64,000 bases of DNA, taken from positions 36,022,001-36,086,000 of the forward strand of contig OZ024744.1 of assembly GCA_964016885.1 (NCBI GenBank), given 5' to 3'. The position numbers and the translations under genes were made by a program. Below, one piece after another: positions 23,901 through 38,500 of this stretch. Positions within the stretch are counted from its first letter, which is position 1. Every line of letters begins with the position of its first letter. The notes beneath the pieces were generated by a model. The model made no database searches and was not told the origin of the DNA. It saw only the letters and a list, made by a program, of their open reading frames with translations. Origin of the DNA: Eledone cirrhosa. Lineage: Eukaryota.

Positions 23901-26900
23901 AACCCAATCGATATGCAAATAGGGCTTCTCAGCTGTTAATATGCATAAGGCAAGTATATACGTTCAACAATCTGGCAGGAATGTATACGTTGCTGACAAT
24001 AGCTAATAAGCTCGAAACTACTACAGCGTTCCTTCGTCAGTGTTGAACAAACGAGCAACGATGGTTGCTGGACACTACCGCTTAATACGGGTTGTTATTT
24101 TACAAACACACCGAGCATTATAATAAATGTTCGGTAAATCCATACGTACATATATATATGTGTACATGTATGTATATATATATACTACTGTACGTCTTTA
24201 TACATATATGTATGTACATGTACATACATATATTTAAGTAACAGCCGTACTAAGAGTGGGAAATGAAATGTCGTTTCATTTTTTCCGTTTATCGTTTTCG
24301 GTACACCCGGCCGATTAACCCACTCGATATGCAAACTGGGCTTCTCAGCTGTTAATATACATAAGGTAAGTATATACGTTCAACAATCTAGCAGGAAGGT
24401 ATACGTTGCTGACAATAGGTAATAAGCTTGAAACTAGTACAGCGTTCCTTTGTCAGTGTTGAACAAACGAGCAACGATGGTTGCTGGACACTACGGCTTA
24501 ATACGCGATGTCTGTTTACAAACACACCGAGCATTATAATAAATGTTCGGTGAATCCATACGTACATATATATATGTGTACATGTATGTATATATATATA
24601 CTACTGTACGTCTTTATACATATATGTATGTACATGTACATACATATATTTAAGTAACAGCCGTACTAAGAGTGGGAAATGAAATGTCGTTTCATTTTTT
24701 CCGTTTATCGTTTTCGGTACACCCGGCCGATTAACCCAATCGATATGCAAATAGGGCTTCTCAGCTGTTAATATGCATAAGGCAAGTATATACGTTCAAC
24801 AATCTGGCAGGAATGTATACGTTGCTGACAATAGCTAATAAGCTCGAAACTAGTACAGCATTCCTTCGTCAGTGTTGAACAAACGATCAACGATGGTTGC
24901 TGGACACTGCGGTTTAATACGGGATGTTTGTTTACAAACACACCGAGCATTATAATAAATGTTCGGTAAATCCATACGTACATATATATATATATGTGTG
25001 CATGTATGTATATATACATACTACAATACGGCTGTATACATATATGTATTTACGTGTACATACTTATATTTAAGTAACGGCCGTACTAAGTGTGGGAAAT
25101 GAAATTTCGTTTCATTTTTTCCGTTTATCGTTTTCGGTGAACCCGGCCGATTGACCCACTGGATATGCAAATTAGGCTTCTCAGCTGTTAATATGCATAA
25201 GGTAAGTATATACATTCAACGATCTAGCTGGAAGGTATACGTTGTTGACAATAGCTAATAAGCTTGAAACTACTACAGCGTTCCTTCGTCAGTGTTGAAC
25301 AAACGAGCAACGATGGTTGCTGGACACTACGGCTTAATACGGGTTGTTTTTTTACAAACACACCGAGCATTATAATAAATGTTCGGTGAATCCATACGTA
25401 CATATATATATGTGGACATGTATGTATATATATATACTACTGTACGTCTGTATACATATATGCATGTACATGTACATACATATATTTAAGTAACAGCCGT
25501 ACTAAGAGTGGGAAATGAAATTTCGTTTCATTTTTTCCGTTTATCGTTTTCGGTTCACCCGGCCTATTAACCCACTCGATATGCAAATTGGGCTTCTCAG
25601 CTGTTTATATGCATAAAGTAAGTATATACGTTCAACAATCTGGCAGGAAGGTATACGTTGCTGACGATAGCTAATAAGCTTGAAACTAGTACAGCGTTCC
25701 CTTGTTAGTGTTGAACAAACGAGCAACGATGGTTGCTGGACACTACGGCTTAATACGTGATGTTTCTTTACAAACACACCGAGCATTATAAAAAATGTTC
25801 GGTGAATCCATACGTACATGTATATATATGTGTGTGCATGTATATATATATATATACATATTACTGTACGTCTGTATACATATATGTATGTACGTCTACA
25901 TACTTATATTTAAGTAACAGCCGTACTAAGAGTGGGAAATGAAATTTCGTTTCATTTTTATCCGTATCGTTTTCGGTGCACCCGGCCGATTAACTCACTC
26001 GATATGCAAATTGGGCTTCTCAGCTGTTAATATGCATAAGGTAAGTATATACCTTAAACAATCTGGCAGGAAGGTATACGTTGCTGACAATAGCTAATAA
26101 GCTTGAAACTACTACAGCGTTCCTTCGTCAGTGTTGAACAAACGAGCAACGATGGTTGCTGGACATTACGGCTTAATACGGGATGTTTGTTTACAAACAC
26201 ACCGAGCATTATAATAAATGTTCGGTGAATCCATACGTACATATATATATATATGTGTGTGCATGCATGTATATATATATACATACTACTGTACGTCTGT
26301 ATACATATATGTATGTACGTCTACATACTTATCTTTAAGTAACAGCCGTACTAAGAGTGGGAAATGAAATTTCGTTTCATTTTTTCCGTTTATCTTTTTC
26401 GGTACACCCGGCTGATTAACCCACTCGATATGCAAATTGGGCTTCTCAGCTGTTAATATGCATAAGGTAAGTATATACCTTAAACAATCTGGCAGGAAGG
26501 TATACGTTGCTGACAATAGCTAATAAGCTTGAAACTACTACAGCGTTCCTTCGTCAGTGTTGAACAAACGAGCAACGATGGTTGCTGGACATTACGGCTT
26601 AATACGGGATGTTTGTTTACAAACACACCGAGCATTATAATAAATGTTCGGTGAATCCATACGTACATATATATATATATGTGTGTGCATGCATGTATAT
26701 ATATATACATACTACTGTACGTCTGTATACATATATGTATGTACGTCTACATACTTATCTTTAAGTAACAGCCGTACTAAGAGTGGGAAATGAAATTTCG
26801 TTTCATTTTTTCCGTTTATCTTTTTCGGTACACCCGGCTGATTAACCCACTCGATATGCAAACTGGGCTTCTCAGCTGTTAATATACATAAGGTAAGTAT

Positions 26901-29900
26901 ATACGTTCAACAATCTAGCAGGAAGGTATACGTTGCTGACAATAGCTAATAAGCTTGAAACTAGTACAGCGTTCCTTTGTCAGTGTTGAACAAACGAGCA
27001 ACGATGGTTGCTGGACACTACGGCTTAATACGCGATGTTTGTTTACAAACACACCGAGCATTATAATAAATGTTCGGTGAATCCATACGTACATATATAT
27101 ATATGTGTGTGCATGTATGTATATATACATACTACTGTACGTCGTATACATATATGTGTGTACGTGTACATACTTATATTTAAGTAACAGCCGTACTAAG
27201 AGTGGGAAATGAAATTTCGTTTCCTTTTTTCCGTATCGTTTTCGGTGCACCCGGCCGATTAACTCACTCGATATGCAAATTGGGCTTCTCAGCTGTTAAT
27301 ATGCATAAGGTAAGTATATACCTTAAACAATCTGGCAGGAAGGTATACGTTGCTGACAATAGCTAATAAGCTTGAAACTACTACAGCGTTCCTTCGTCAG
27401 TGTTGAACAAACGAGCAACGATGGTTGCTGGACACTACGGCTTAATATGGGATGTTTGTTTACAAAAACACCGAGCATTATAATAAATGTTCGGTGAATC
27501 CATACGTACATATATATATATGTGTGTGCATGTATGTATATATACATACTACTGTACGTCGTATACATATATGCATGTACATGTACATACATATATTTAA
27601 GTAACAGCCGTACTAAGAGTGGGAAATGAAATTTCGTTTCATTTTTTCCGTTTATCGTTTTCGGTTCACCCGGCCTATTAACCCACTCGATATGCAAATT
27701 GGGCTTCTCAGCTGTTAATATGCATAAAGTAAGTATATACGTTCAACAATCTGGCAGGAAGGTATACGTTGCTGACGATAGCTAATAAGCTTGAAACTAG
27801 TACAGCGTTCCCTTGTTAGTGTTGAACAAACGAGCAACGATGGTTGCTGGACACTACGGCTTAATACGTGATGTTTCTTTACAAACACACCGAGCATTAT
27901 AAAAAATGTTCGGTGAATCCATACGTACATGTATATATATGTGTGTGCATGTATATATATATATATACATATTACTGTACGTCTGTATACATATATGTAT
28001 GTACGTCTACATACATATATTTAAGTAACAGCCGTACTAAGAGTGGGAAATGAAATTTCGTTTCATTTTTATCCGTATCGTTTTCGGTGCACCCGGCCGA
28101 TTAACCCAATCGATATGCAAATAGGGCTTCTCAGCTGTTAATATGCATAAGGCAAGTATATACGTTCAACAATCTGGCAGGAAGGTATACGTTGCTGACA
28201 ATAGCTAATAAGCTCGAAACTACTACAGCGTTCCTTCGTCAGTGTTGAACAAACGAGCAACGATGGTTGCTGGACACTACCGCTTAATACGGGTTGTTAT
28301 TTTACAAACACACCGAGCATTATAATAAATGTTCGGTGAATCCATACGTACATATATATATGTGTACATGTATGTATATATATATACTACTGTACGTCTT
28401 TATACATATATGTATGTACATGTACATACATATATTTAAGTAACAGCCGTACTAAGAGTGGGAAATGAAATGTCGTTTCATTTTTTCCGTTTATCGTTTT
28501 CGGTACACCCGGCCGATTAACCCACTCGATATGCAAACTGGGCTTCTCAGCTGTTAATATACATAAGGTAAGTATATACGTTCAACAATCTAGCAGGAAG
28601 GTATACGTTGCTGACAATAGGTAATAAGCTTGAAACTAGTACAGCGTTCCTTTGTCAGTGTTGAACAAACGAGCAACGATGGTTGCTGGACACTACGGCT
28701 TAATACGCGATGTTTGTTTACAAACACACCGAGCATTATAATAAATGTTCGGTGAATCCATACGTACATATATATATGTGTACATGTATGTATATATATA
28801 TACTACTGTACGTCTTTATACATATATGTATGTACATGTACATACATATATTTAAGTAACAGCCGTACTAAGAGTGGGAAATGAAATGTCGTTTCATTTT
28901 TTCCGTTTATCGTTTTCGGTACACCCGGCCGATTAACCCAATCGATATGCAAATAGGGCTTCTCAGCTGTTAATATGCATAAGGCAAGTATATACGTTCA
29001 ACAATCTGGCAGGAATGTATACGTTGCTGACAATAGCTAATAAGCTCGAAACTAGTACAGCATTCCTTCGTCAGTGTTGAACAAACGATCAACGATGGTT
29101 GCTGGACACTGCGGCTTAATACGGGATGTTTGTTTACAAACACACCGAGCATTATAATAAATGTTCGGTAAATCCATAGGTACATATATATATATATGTG
29201 TGCATGTATGTATATATACATACTACAATACGGCTGTATACATATATGTATTTACGTGTACATACTTATATTTAAGTAACGGCCGTACTAAGTGTGGGAA
29301 ATGAAATTTCGTTTCATTTTTTCCGTTTATCGTTTTCGGTGAACCCGGCCGATTGACCCACTGGATATGCAAATTAGGCTTCTCATCTGTTAATATGCAT
29401 AAGGTAAGTATATACATTCAACGATCTAGCTGGAAGGTATACGTTGTTGACAATAGCTAATAAGCTTGAAACTACTACAGCGTTCCTTCGTCAGTGTTGA
29501 ACAAACGAGCAACGATGGTTGCTGGACACTACGGCTTAATACCGGTTGTTTTTTTACAAACACACCGAGCATTATAATAAATGTTCGGTGAATCCATACG
29601 TACATATATATATGTGGACATGTATGTATATATATATACTACTGTACGTCTGTATACATATATGCATGTACATGTACATACATATATTTAAGTAACAGCC
29701 GTACTAAGAGTGGGAAATGAAATTTCGTTTCATTTTTTCCGTTTATCGTTTTCGGTTCACCCGGCCTATTAACCCACTCGATATGCAAATTGGGCTTCTC
29801 AGCTGTTAATATGCATAAAGTAAGTATATACGTTCAACAATCTGGCAGGAAGGTATACGTTGCTGACGATAGCTAATAAGCTTGAAACTAGTACAGCGTT

Positions 29901-32000
29901 CCCTTGTTAGTGTTGAACAAACGAGCAACGATGGTTGCTGGACACTACGGCTTAATACGTGATGTTTCTTTACAAACACACCGAGCATTATAATAAATGT
30001 TCGGTGAATCCATACGTACATATATATATATGTGTGTGCATGTATGTATATATACATACTACTGTACGTCGTATACATATATGTGTGTACGTGTACATAC
30101 TTATATTTAAGTAACAGCCGTACTAAGAGTGGGAAATGAAATTTCGTTTCCTTTTTTCCGTATCGTTTTCGGTGCACCCGGCCGATTAACTCACTCGATA
30201 TGCAAATTGGGCTTCTCAGCTGTTAATATGCATAAGGTAAGTATATACCTTAAACAATCTGGCAGGAAGGTATACGTTGCTGACAATAGCTAATAAGCTT
30301 GAAACTACTACAGCGTTCCTTCGTCAGTGTTGAACAAACGAGCAACGATGGTTGCTGGACACTACGGCTTAATATGGGATGTTTGTTTACAAAAACACCG
30401 AGCATTATAATAAATGTTCGGTGAATCCATACGTACATATATATATATGTGTGTGCATGTATGTATATATACATACTACTGTACGTCGTATACATATATG
30501 CATGTACATGTACATACATATATTTAAGTAACAGCCGTACTAAGAGTGGGAAATGAAATTTCGTTTCATTTTTTCCGTTTATCGTTTTCGGTTCACCCGG
30601 CCTATTAACCCACTCGATATGCAAATTGGGCTTCTCAGCTGTTAATATGCATAAAGTAAGTATATACGTTCAACAATCTGGCAGGAAGGTATACGTTGCT
30701 GACGATAGATAATAAGCTTGAAACTAGTACAGCGTTCCCTTGTTAGTGTTGAACAAACGAGCAACGATGGTTGCTGGACACTACGGCTTAATACGTGATG
30801 TTTCTTTACAAACACACCGAGCATTATAAAAAATGTTCGGTGAATCCATACGTACATGTATATATATGTGTGTGCATGTATATATATATATATATACATA
30901 TTACTGTACGTCTGTATACATATATGTATGTACGTCTACATACTTATATTTAAGTAACAGCCGTACTAAGAGTGGGAAATGAAATTTCGTTTCATTTTTA
31001 TCCGTATCGTTTTCGGTGCACCCGGCCGATTAACTCACTCGATATGCAAATTGGGCTTCTCAGCTGTTAATATGCATAAGGTAAGTATATACCTTAAACA
31101 ATCTGGCAGGAAGGTATACGTTGCTGACAATAGCTAATAAGCTTGAAACTACTACAGCGTTCCTTCGTCAGTGTTGAACAAACGAGCAACGATGGTTGCT
31201 GGACACTACGGCTTAATATGGGATGTTTGTTTACAAAAACACCGAGCATTATAATAAATGTTCGGTGAATCCATACGTACATATATATATATATGTGTGT
31301 GCATGCATGTATATATATATACATACTACTGTACGTCTGTATACATATATGTATGTACGTGTACATACTTATCTTTAAGTAACAGCCGTACTAAGAGTGG
31401 GAAATGAAATTTCGTTTCATTTTTTCCGTTTATCTTTTTCGGTACACCCGGCTGATTAACCCACTCGATATGCAAACTGGGCTTCTCAGCTGTTAATATA
31501 CATAAGGTAAGTATATACGTTCAACAATCTAGCAGGAAGGTATACGTTGCTGACAATAGCTAATAAGCTTGAAACTAGTACAGCGTTCCTTTGTCAGTGT
31601 TGAACAAACGAGCAACGATGGTTGCTGGACACTACGGCTTAATACGCGATGTTTGTTTACAAACACACCGAGCATTATAATAAATGTTCGGTGAATCCAT
31701 ACGTACATATATATATATGTGTGTGCATGTATGTATATATACATACTACTGTACGTCGTATACATATATGTGTGTACGTGTACATACTTATATTTAAGTA
31801 ACAGCCGTACTAAGAGTGGGAAATGAAATTTCGTTTCCTTTTTTCCGTATCGTTTTCGGTGCACCCGGCCGATTAACTCACTCGATATGCAAATTGGGCT
31901 TCTCAGCTGTTAATATGCATAAGGTAAGTATATACCTTAAACAATCTGGCAGGAAGGTATACGTTGCTGACAATAGCTAATAAGCTTGAAACTACTACAG
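18000..32000 (+). repeat. Higher-order repeat block with 8-10-unit periods
   Basis: Identical variant ORFs recur at 18470/21828 (3358 bp), and at 19737/23513/27715 and 20992/24768/28970 (3776 and 4202 bp). Confidence 0.85.
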
Positions 32001-35000
32001 CGTTCCTTCGTCAGTGTTGAACAAACGAGCAACGATGGTTGCTGGACACTACGGCTTAATATGGGATGTTTGTTTACAAAAACACCGAGCATTATAATAA
32101 ATGTTCGGTGAATCCATACGTACATATATATATATGTGTGTGCATGCATGTATATATATATACGTACTACTGTACGTCTGTATACATATATGTATGTACG
32201 TGTACATACTTATCTTTAAGTAACAGCCGTACTAAGAGTGGGAAATGAAATTTCGTTTCATTTTTTCTGTTTATCGTTTTCGGTACACCCGGCCGATTAA
32301 CCCACTCGATATGCAAACTGGGCTTCTCAGCTGTTAATATACATAAGGTAAGTATATACGTTCAACAATCTAGCAGGAAGGTATACCTTGCTGACAATAG
32401 CTAATAAGCTTGAAACTAGTACAGCGTTCCTTTGTCAGTGTTGAACAAACGAGCAACGATGGTTGCTGGACACTACAGCTTAATACGCGATATTTGTTTA
32501 CAAACACACCGAGCATTATAATAAATGTTCGGTGAATCCATACGTACATATATATATATATATGTGTGCATGTATGTATATATATATACATACTACTGTA
32601 CGTCTGTATACATATATGTATGTACGTGTACATACTTATATTTAAGTAACAGCCGTACTAAGAGTGAGAAATGAAATTTCGTTTAATTTTTTCCGTCTAT
32701 CGTTTTCGGTGCACCCGGCCGATTAACCCAATCGATATGCAAATAGGGCTTCTCAGCTGTTAATATGCATAAGGCAAGTATATACGTTCAACAATCTGGC
32801 AGGAATGTATACGTTGCTGACAATAGCTAATAAGCTCGAAACTACTACAGCGTTCCTTCGTCAGTGTTGAACAAACGAGCAACGATGGTTGCTGGACACT
32901 ACCGCTTAATACGGGTTGTTTTTTTACAAACACACCGAGCATTATAATAAATGTTCGGTGAATCCATACGTACATATATATATGTGTACATGTATGTATA
33001 TATATATACTACTGTACGTCTTTATACATATATGTATGTACATGTACATACATATATTTAAGTAACAGCCGTACTAAGAGTGGGAAATGAAATGTCGTTT
33101 CATTTTTTTCGTTTATCGTTTTCGGTACACCCGGCCGATTAACCCACTCGATATGCAAACTGGGCTTCTCAGCTGTTAATATACATAAGGTAAGTATATA
33201 CGTTCAACAATCTAGCAGGAAGGTATACGTTGCTGACAATAGGTAATAAGCTTGAAACTAGTACAGCGTTCCTTTGTCAGTGTTGAACAAACGAGCAAGT
33301 ATGGTTGCTGGACACTACGGCTTAATACGCGATGTTTGTTTACAAACACACCGAGCATTATAATAAATGTTCGGTGAATCCATACGTACATATATATATG
33401 TGTGCATGTATGTATATATATATACATACTACTGTACGTCTGTATACATATATGTATGTACGTGTAAATACTTATATTTAAGTAACAGCCGTATTAAGAG
33501 TGGGAAAAGAAATTTCGTTTCATTTTTTCCGTTTATCGTTTTCGGTGCACCCGGCCGATTGACCCACTGGATATGGAAATTAGGCTTCTCAGCTGTTAAT
33601 ATGCATAAGGTAAGTATATACGTTCAACGATCTAGCTGGAAGGTTTACGTTGTTGACAATAGCTAATAAGCTTGAAACTACTACAGCGTTCCTTCGTCAG
33701 TGTTGAACAAACGAACAACGATGGTTGCTGGATACTACGGCTTAATACGGGTTGTTTGTTTACAAACACACCGAGCATTATAATAAATGTTCGGTGAATC
33801 CATACGTACATATATATATGTGTACATGTATGTATATATATATACTACTGTACGTCTGTATACATATATGTATGTACATGTACATACATATATTTAAGTA
33901 ACAGCCGTACTAAGAGTGGGAAATGAAATTTCGTTTCATTTTTTCCGTTTATCGTTTTTGGTGCACCCGGCCTATTAACCCACTCGATATGCAAATTGGG
34001 CTTCTCAGCTGTTAATATGCATAAGGTAAGTATATACGTTCAACAATCTGGAAGGAAGGTATACGTTGCTGACGATAGCTAATAAACTTGAAACTAGTAC
34101 AGCGCTCCTTTGTCAGTGTTGAACAAACGAGCAACGATGGTTGCTGGACACTACGGCTTAATACGCGATGTTTGTTTACAAACACACCGAGCATTATAGT
34201 AAATGTTCGTTGAATCGATACGTACATATATATATATGTGTGTGCATGTATGTATATATATATACATACTACTGTACGTCTGTATACATATATGTATGTA
34301 CGTGTACATACTTATATTTAAGTAACAGCCGTACTAAGAGTGGGAAATGAAATTTGGTTCCATTTTTTCCTTTTATCGTTTTCGGTGCACCCGGCCTATT
34401 AACCCACTCGATATGCAAATTGGGCTTCTCAGCTGTTAATATGCATAAGGTAAGTATATACGTTCAACAATCTGGCAGGAAGGTATACGTTGCTGACGAT
34501 AGCTAATAAGCTTGAAACTAGTACAGCGTTCCCTTGTTAGTGTTGAACAAACGAGCAACGATGGTTGCTGGACACTACGGCTTAATACGTGATGTTTGTT
34601 TACAAACACACCGAACATTATAATAAATGTTCGGTAAATCCATACGTAAATATATATATGTGTGCATGTATGTATATATATATACATACTACTGCACGTC
34701 TGTATACATATATGTATGTACGTGTACATACTTATATTTAAGTAACAGCCGTACTAAGAGTGGGAAATGAAATTTCGTTTCATTTTTTCCGTTTATCGTT
34801 TTCGGTGCACCCGGCCTATTAACCCACTCGATATGCAAATTGGGCTTCGCAGCTGTTCATATGCATAAGGTAAGTATATACGTTCAACAATCTGGCAGGA
34901 AGGTATACGTTGCTGACGATAGCTAATAAGCTTGAAACTAGTACAGCGTTCCTTTGTCAGTTTTGAACAAACGAGCAACGATGGTTGCTGGGCACTACGG

Positions 35001-35599
35001 CTGAATACGTGATGTTTTTTTACAAACACACCGAGCATTATAATGAATGTTCGGTGAATCCATACGTACAGATATATATATGTGTGTGCATGTATGTATA
35101 TATATATACATACTATTGTACGTCTGTATACATATATGTATGTACGTCTACATACTTATATTTAAGTAACAGCCGTACTAAGAGTGGGAAATGAAATTTC
35201 GTTTCATTTATTCCGTTTATCGTTTTCGGTGCACCTTGCCTATTAACCCACTCGATATGCAAATTGGGCTTCTCAGCTGTTCATATGCATAAGGTAAGTA
35301 TATACGTTCAACAATCTGGCAGGAAGGTATACGTTGCTGACGATAGCTGATAAGCTTGAAACTAGTACAGCGTTCCTACCCCAGTGTTGAACAAACGAGC
35401 AACGATGGTTGCTGGACACTACGGCTTAATACGGGATGTTTGTTTACAAACACAGCGAGCATTATAATAAATGTTCGGTGAATCCATACGTACAGATATA
35501 TATATGTGTGTGCATGTATGTATATATATATACATACTATTGTACGTCTGTATACATATATGTATGTACGTGTACATACTTATATTTAAGTAACAGCCG

Positions 35600-38500
35600 T
35601 AATAAGACTGGGAATGAAATTTCGTTTCATTTTTTCCGTTTATCGTTTTCGGTGCACCCGGCCGATTGACCCACTGGATATGCAAATTAGGCTTCTCAGC
35701 TGTTAATATGCATAAGGTAAGTATATACGTTCAACGATCTAGCTGGAAGGTATACGTTGTTGACAATAGCTAATAAGCTTGAAACTACTACAGCGTTCCT
35801 TAGTCAGTGTTGAACAAACGAGCAACGATGGTTGCTGGACACTACGGCTTAATACGGGTTGTTTGTTTACAAACAAACCGAGCATTATAATTAATGTTCG
35901 GTGTATCCATACGTACATATATATATATGTGTGTGCATGTATGTATATATATATACATCCTATTGTACGTCTGTATACATATATGTATGTACGTCTACAT
36001 ACTTATATTTAAGTATCAGCCGTACTAAGAGTGGGAAATGAAATTCGTTTCATTTTTCCGTTTATCGTTTTCGGTGCACCCGGCCGATTAACCCACTCGA
36101 TATGCAAATTGGGCTTCTCAGCTGTTAATATGCATAAGGAAGTATATATGTTCAACAATCTGGCAGGATGGTATACGTTGTTGACGATAGCTAATAAGCT
36201 TGAAACTAGTACAGCGTTCCTACGTCAGTGTTGAACAAACGAGCAGCGATGGTTGCTGGACACTACGGCTGAATACGTGATGTTTGTTTACAAACACACC
36301 GAGCATTATAATAAATGTTCGGTGAATCCATACGTACAGATATATATATGTGTGTGCATGTATGTATATATATATACATACTATTGTACGTCTGTATACA
36401 TATATCTATGTACGTCTACATACTTATATTTAAGTAACAGCCGTACAAAGAGTGGGAAATGAAATTTCGTTTAATTTTTTCCGTTTATCGTTTTCGGTGC
36501 ATCCGGCCGATTAACCTACTCGATATGCAAATTAGGCATCTCAGCTGTTAATATGCATACGGTAAGTATATACGTTCAACAATTTCGCAGGAAAGTATAC
36601 GTTGCTGACGATAGCTAATAAGCTTGAAACTAGTACAGCGTTCCTACGTCAGTGTTGAACAAACGAGCAGCGATGGTTGCTGGACACTACGGCTGAATAC
36701 GTGATGTTTGTTTACAAACACACCGAGCATTATAATAAATGTTCGGTGAATCCATACGTACAGATATATATATGTGTGTGCATGTATGTATATATATATA
36801 CATACTATTGTACGTCTGTATACATATATGTATGTACGTCTACATACTTATATTTAAGTAACAGCCGTACTAAGAGTGGGAAATGAAATTTCGTTTCATT
36901 TTTTCCGTTTATCGTTTTCGGTGCACCCGGCCGATTAACCCACTCGATATGCAAATTGGGCTTCTCAGCTGTTAATATGCATAAGGAAAGTATATACGTT
37001 CAACAATCTGGCAGGAAGGTATACGTTGTTGATGATAGCTAATAAGCTTGAAACTAGTACAGCGTTCCTACCTCAGTGTTGAACAAACGAGCAACGATGG
37101 TTGCTGGACACTACGGCTTAATACGGGATGTTTGTTTACAAACACACCGAGCATTATAATAAATGTTCGGTGAATCCATACGTACAGATATATATATGTG
37201 TGTGCATGTATGTATATATATATACATACTATTGTACGTCTGTATACATATATGTATGTACGTGTACATACTTATATTTAAGTAACAGCCGTACTAAGAG
37301 TGGGAAATGAAATTTCGTTTCATTTTTTCCGTTTATCGTATTCGGTGCACCCGGCCGATTAACCCACTCGATATGCAAATTGGGCTTCTCAGCTGTTAAT
37401 ATGCATAAGGAAAGTATATACGTTCAACAATCTGGCAGGAAGGTATACGTTGTTGACGATAGCTAATAAGCTTGAAACTAGTACAGCGTTCCTACGTCAG
37501 TATTAAACAAACGAGCAACGATGGTTGCTGCACACTACGGCTTAATACGGGATGTTTGTTTACAATCACACCGAGCATTATAATAAATGTTCGGTGAATC
37601 CATACGTACATATATATATATGTGTGCATATATGTGTATATATATACGTACTACTATACGTTTGTATACATATATGTATGTACGCCTACATACTTATATT
37701 TAAGTAACAGCCGTAATAAGACTGGGAATGAAATTTCGTTTCATTTTTTCCGTTTATCGTTTTCGCTGCACCCGGCCGATTGACCCACTGGATATGCAAA
37801 TTAGGCTTCTCAGCTGTTAATATGCATAAGGTAAGTATATACGTTCAACGATCTAGCTGGAAGGTATACGTTGTTGACAATAGCTAATAAGCTTGAAACT
37901 ACTACAGCGTTCCTTAGTCAGTGTTGCACAAACGAGCAACGATGGTTGCTGGACACTACGGCTTAATACGGGTTGTTTGTTTACAAACAAACCGAGCATT
38001 ATAATTAATGTTCGGTGTATCCATACGTACATATATATATATGTGTGTGCATGTATGTATATATATATACATCCTATTGTACGTCTGTATACATATATGT
38101 ATGTACGTCTACAAACTTATATTTAAGTATCAGCCGTACTAAGAGTGGGAAATGAAATTCGTTTCATTTTTTCCCTTTATCGTTTTCGGTGCACCCGTCC
38201 GATTAACCCACTCGATATGCAAATTGGGCTTCTCAGCTGTTAATATGCATAAGGAAGTATATATGTTCAACAATCTGGCAGGATGGTATACGTTGTTGAC
38301 GATAGCTAATAAGCTTGAAACTAGTACAGCGTTCCTACGTCAGTGTTGAACAAACGAGCAGCGATGGTTGCTGGACACTACGGCTGAATACGTGATGTTT
38401 GTTTACAAACACACCGAGCATTATAATAAATATTCGGTGAATCCATACGTACAGATATATATATGTGTGTGCATGTATGTATATATATATACATACTATT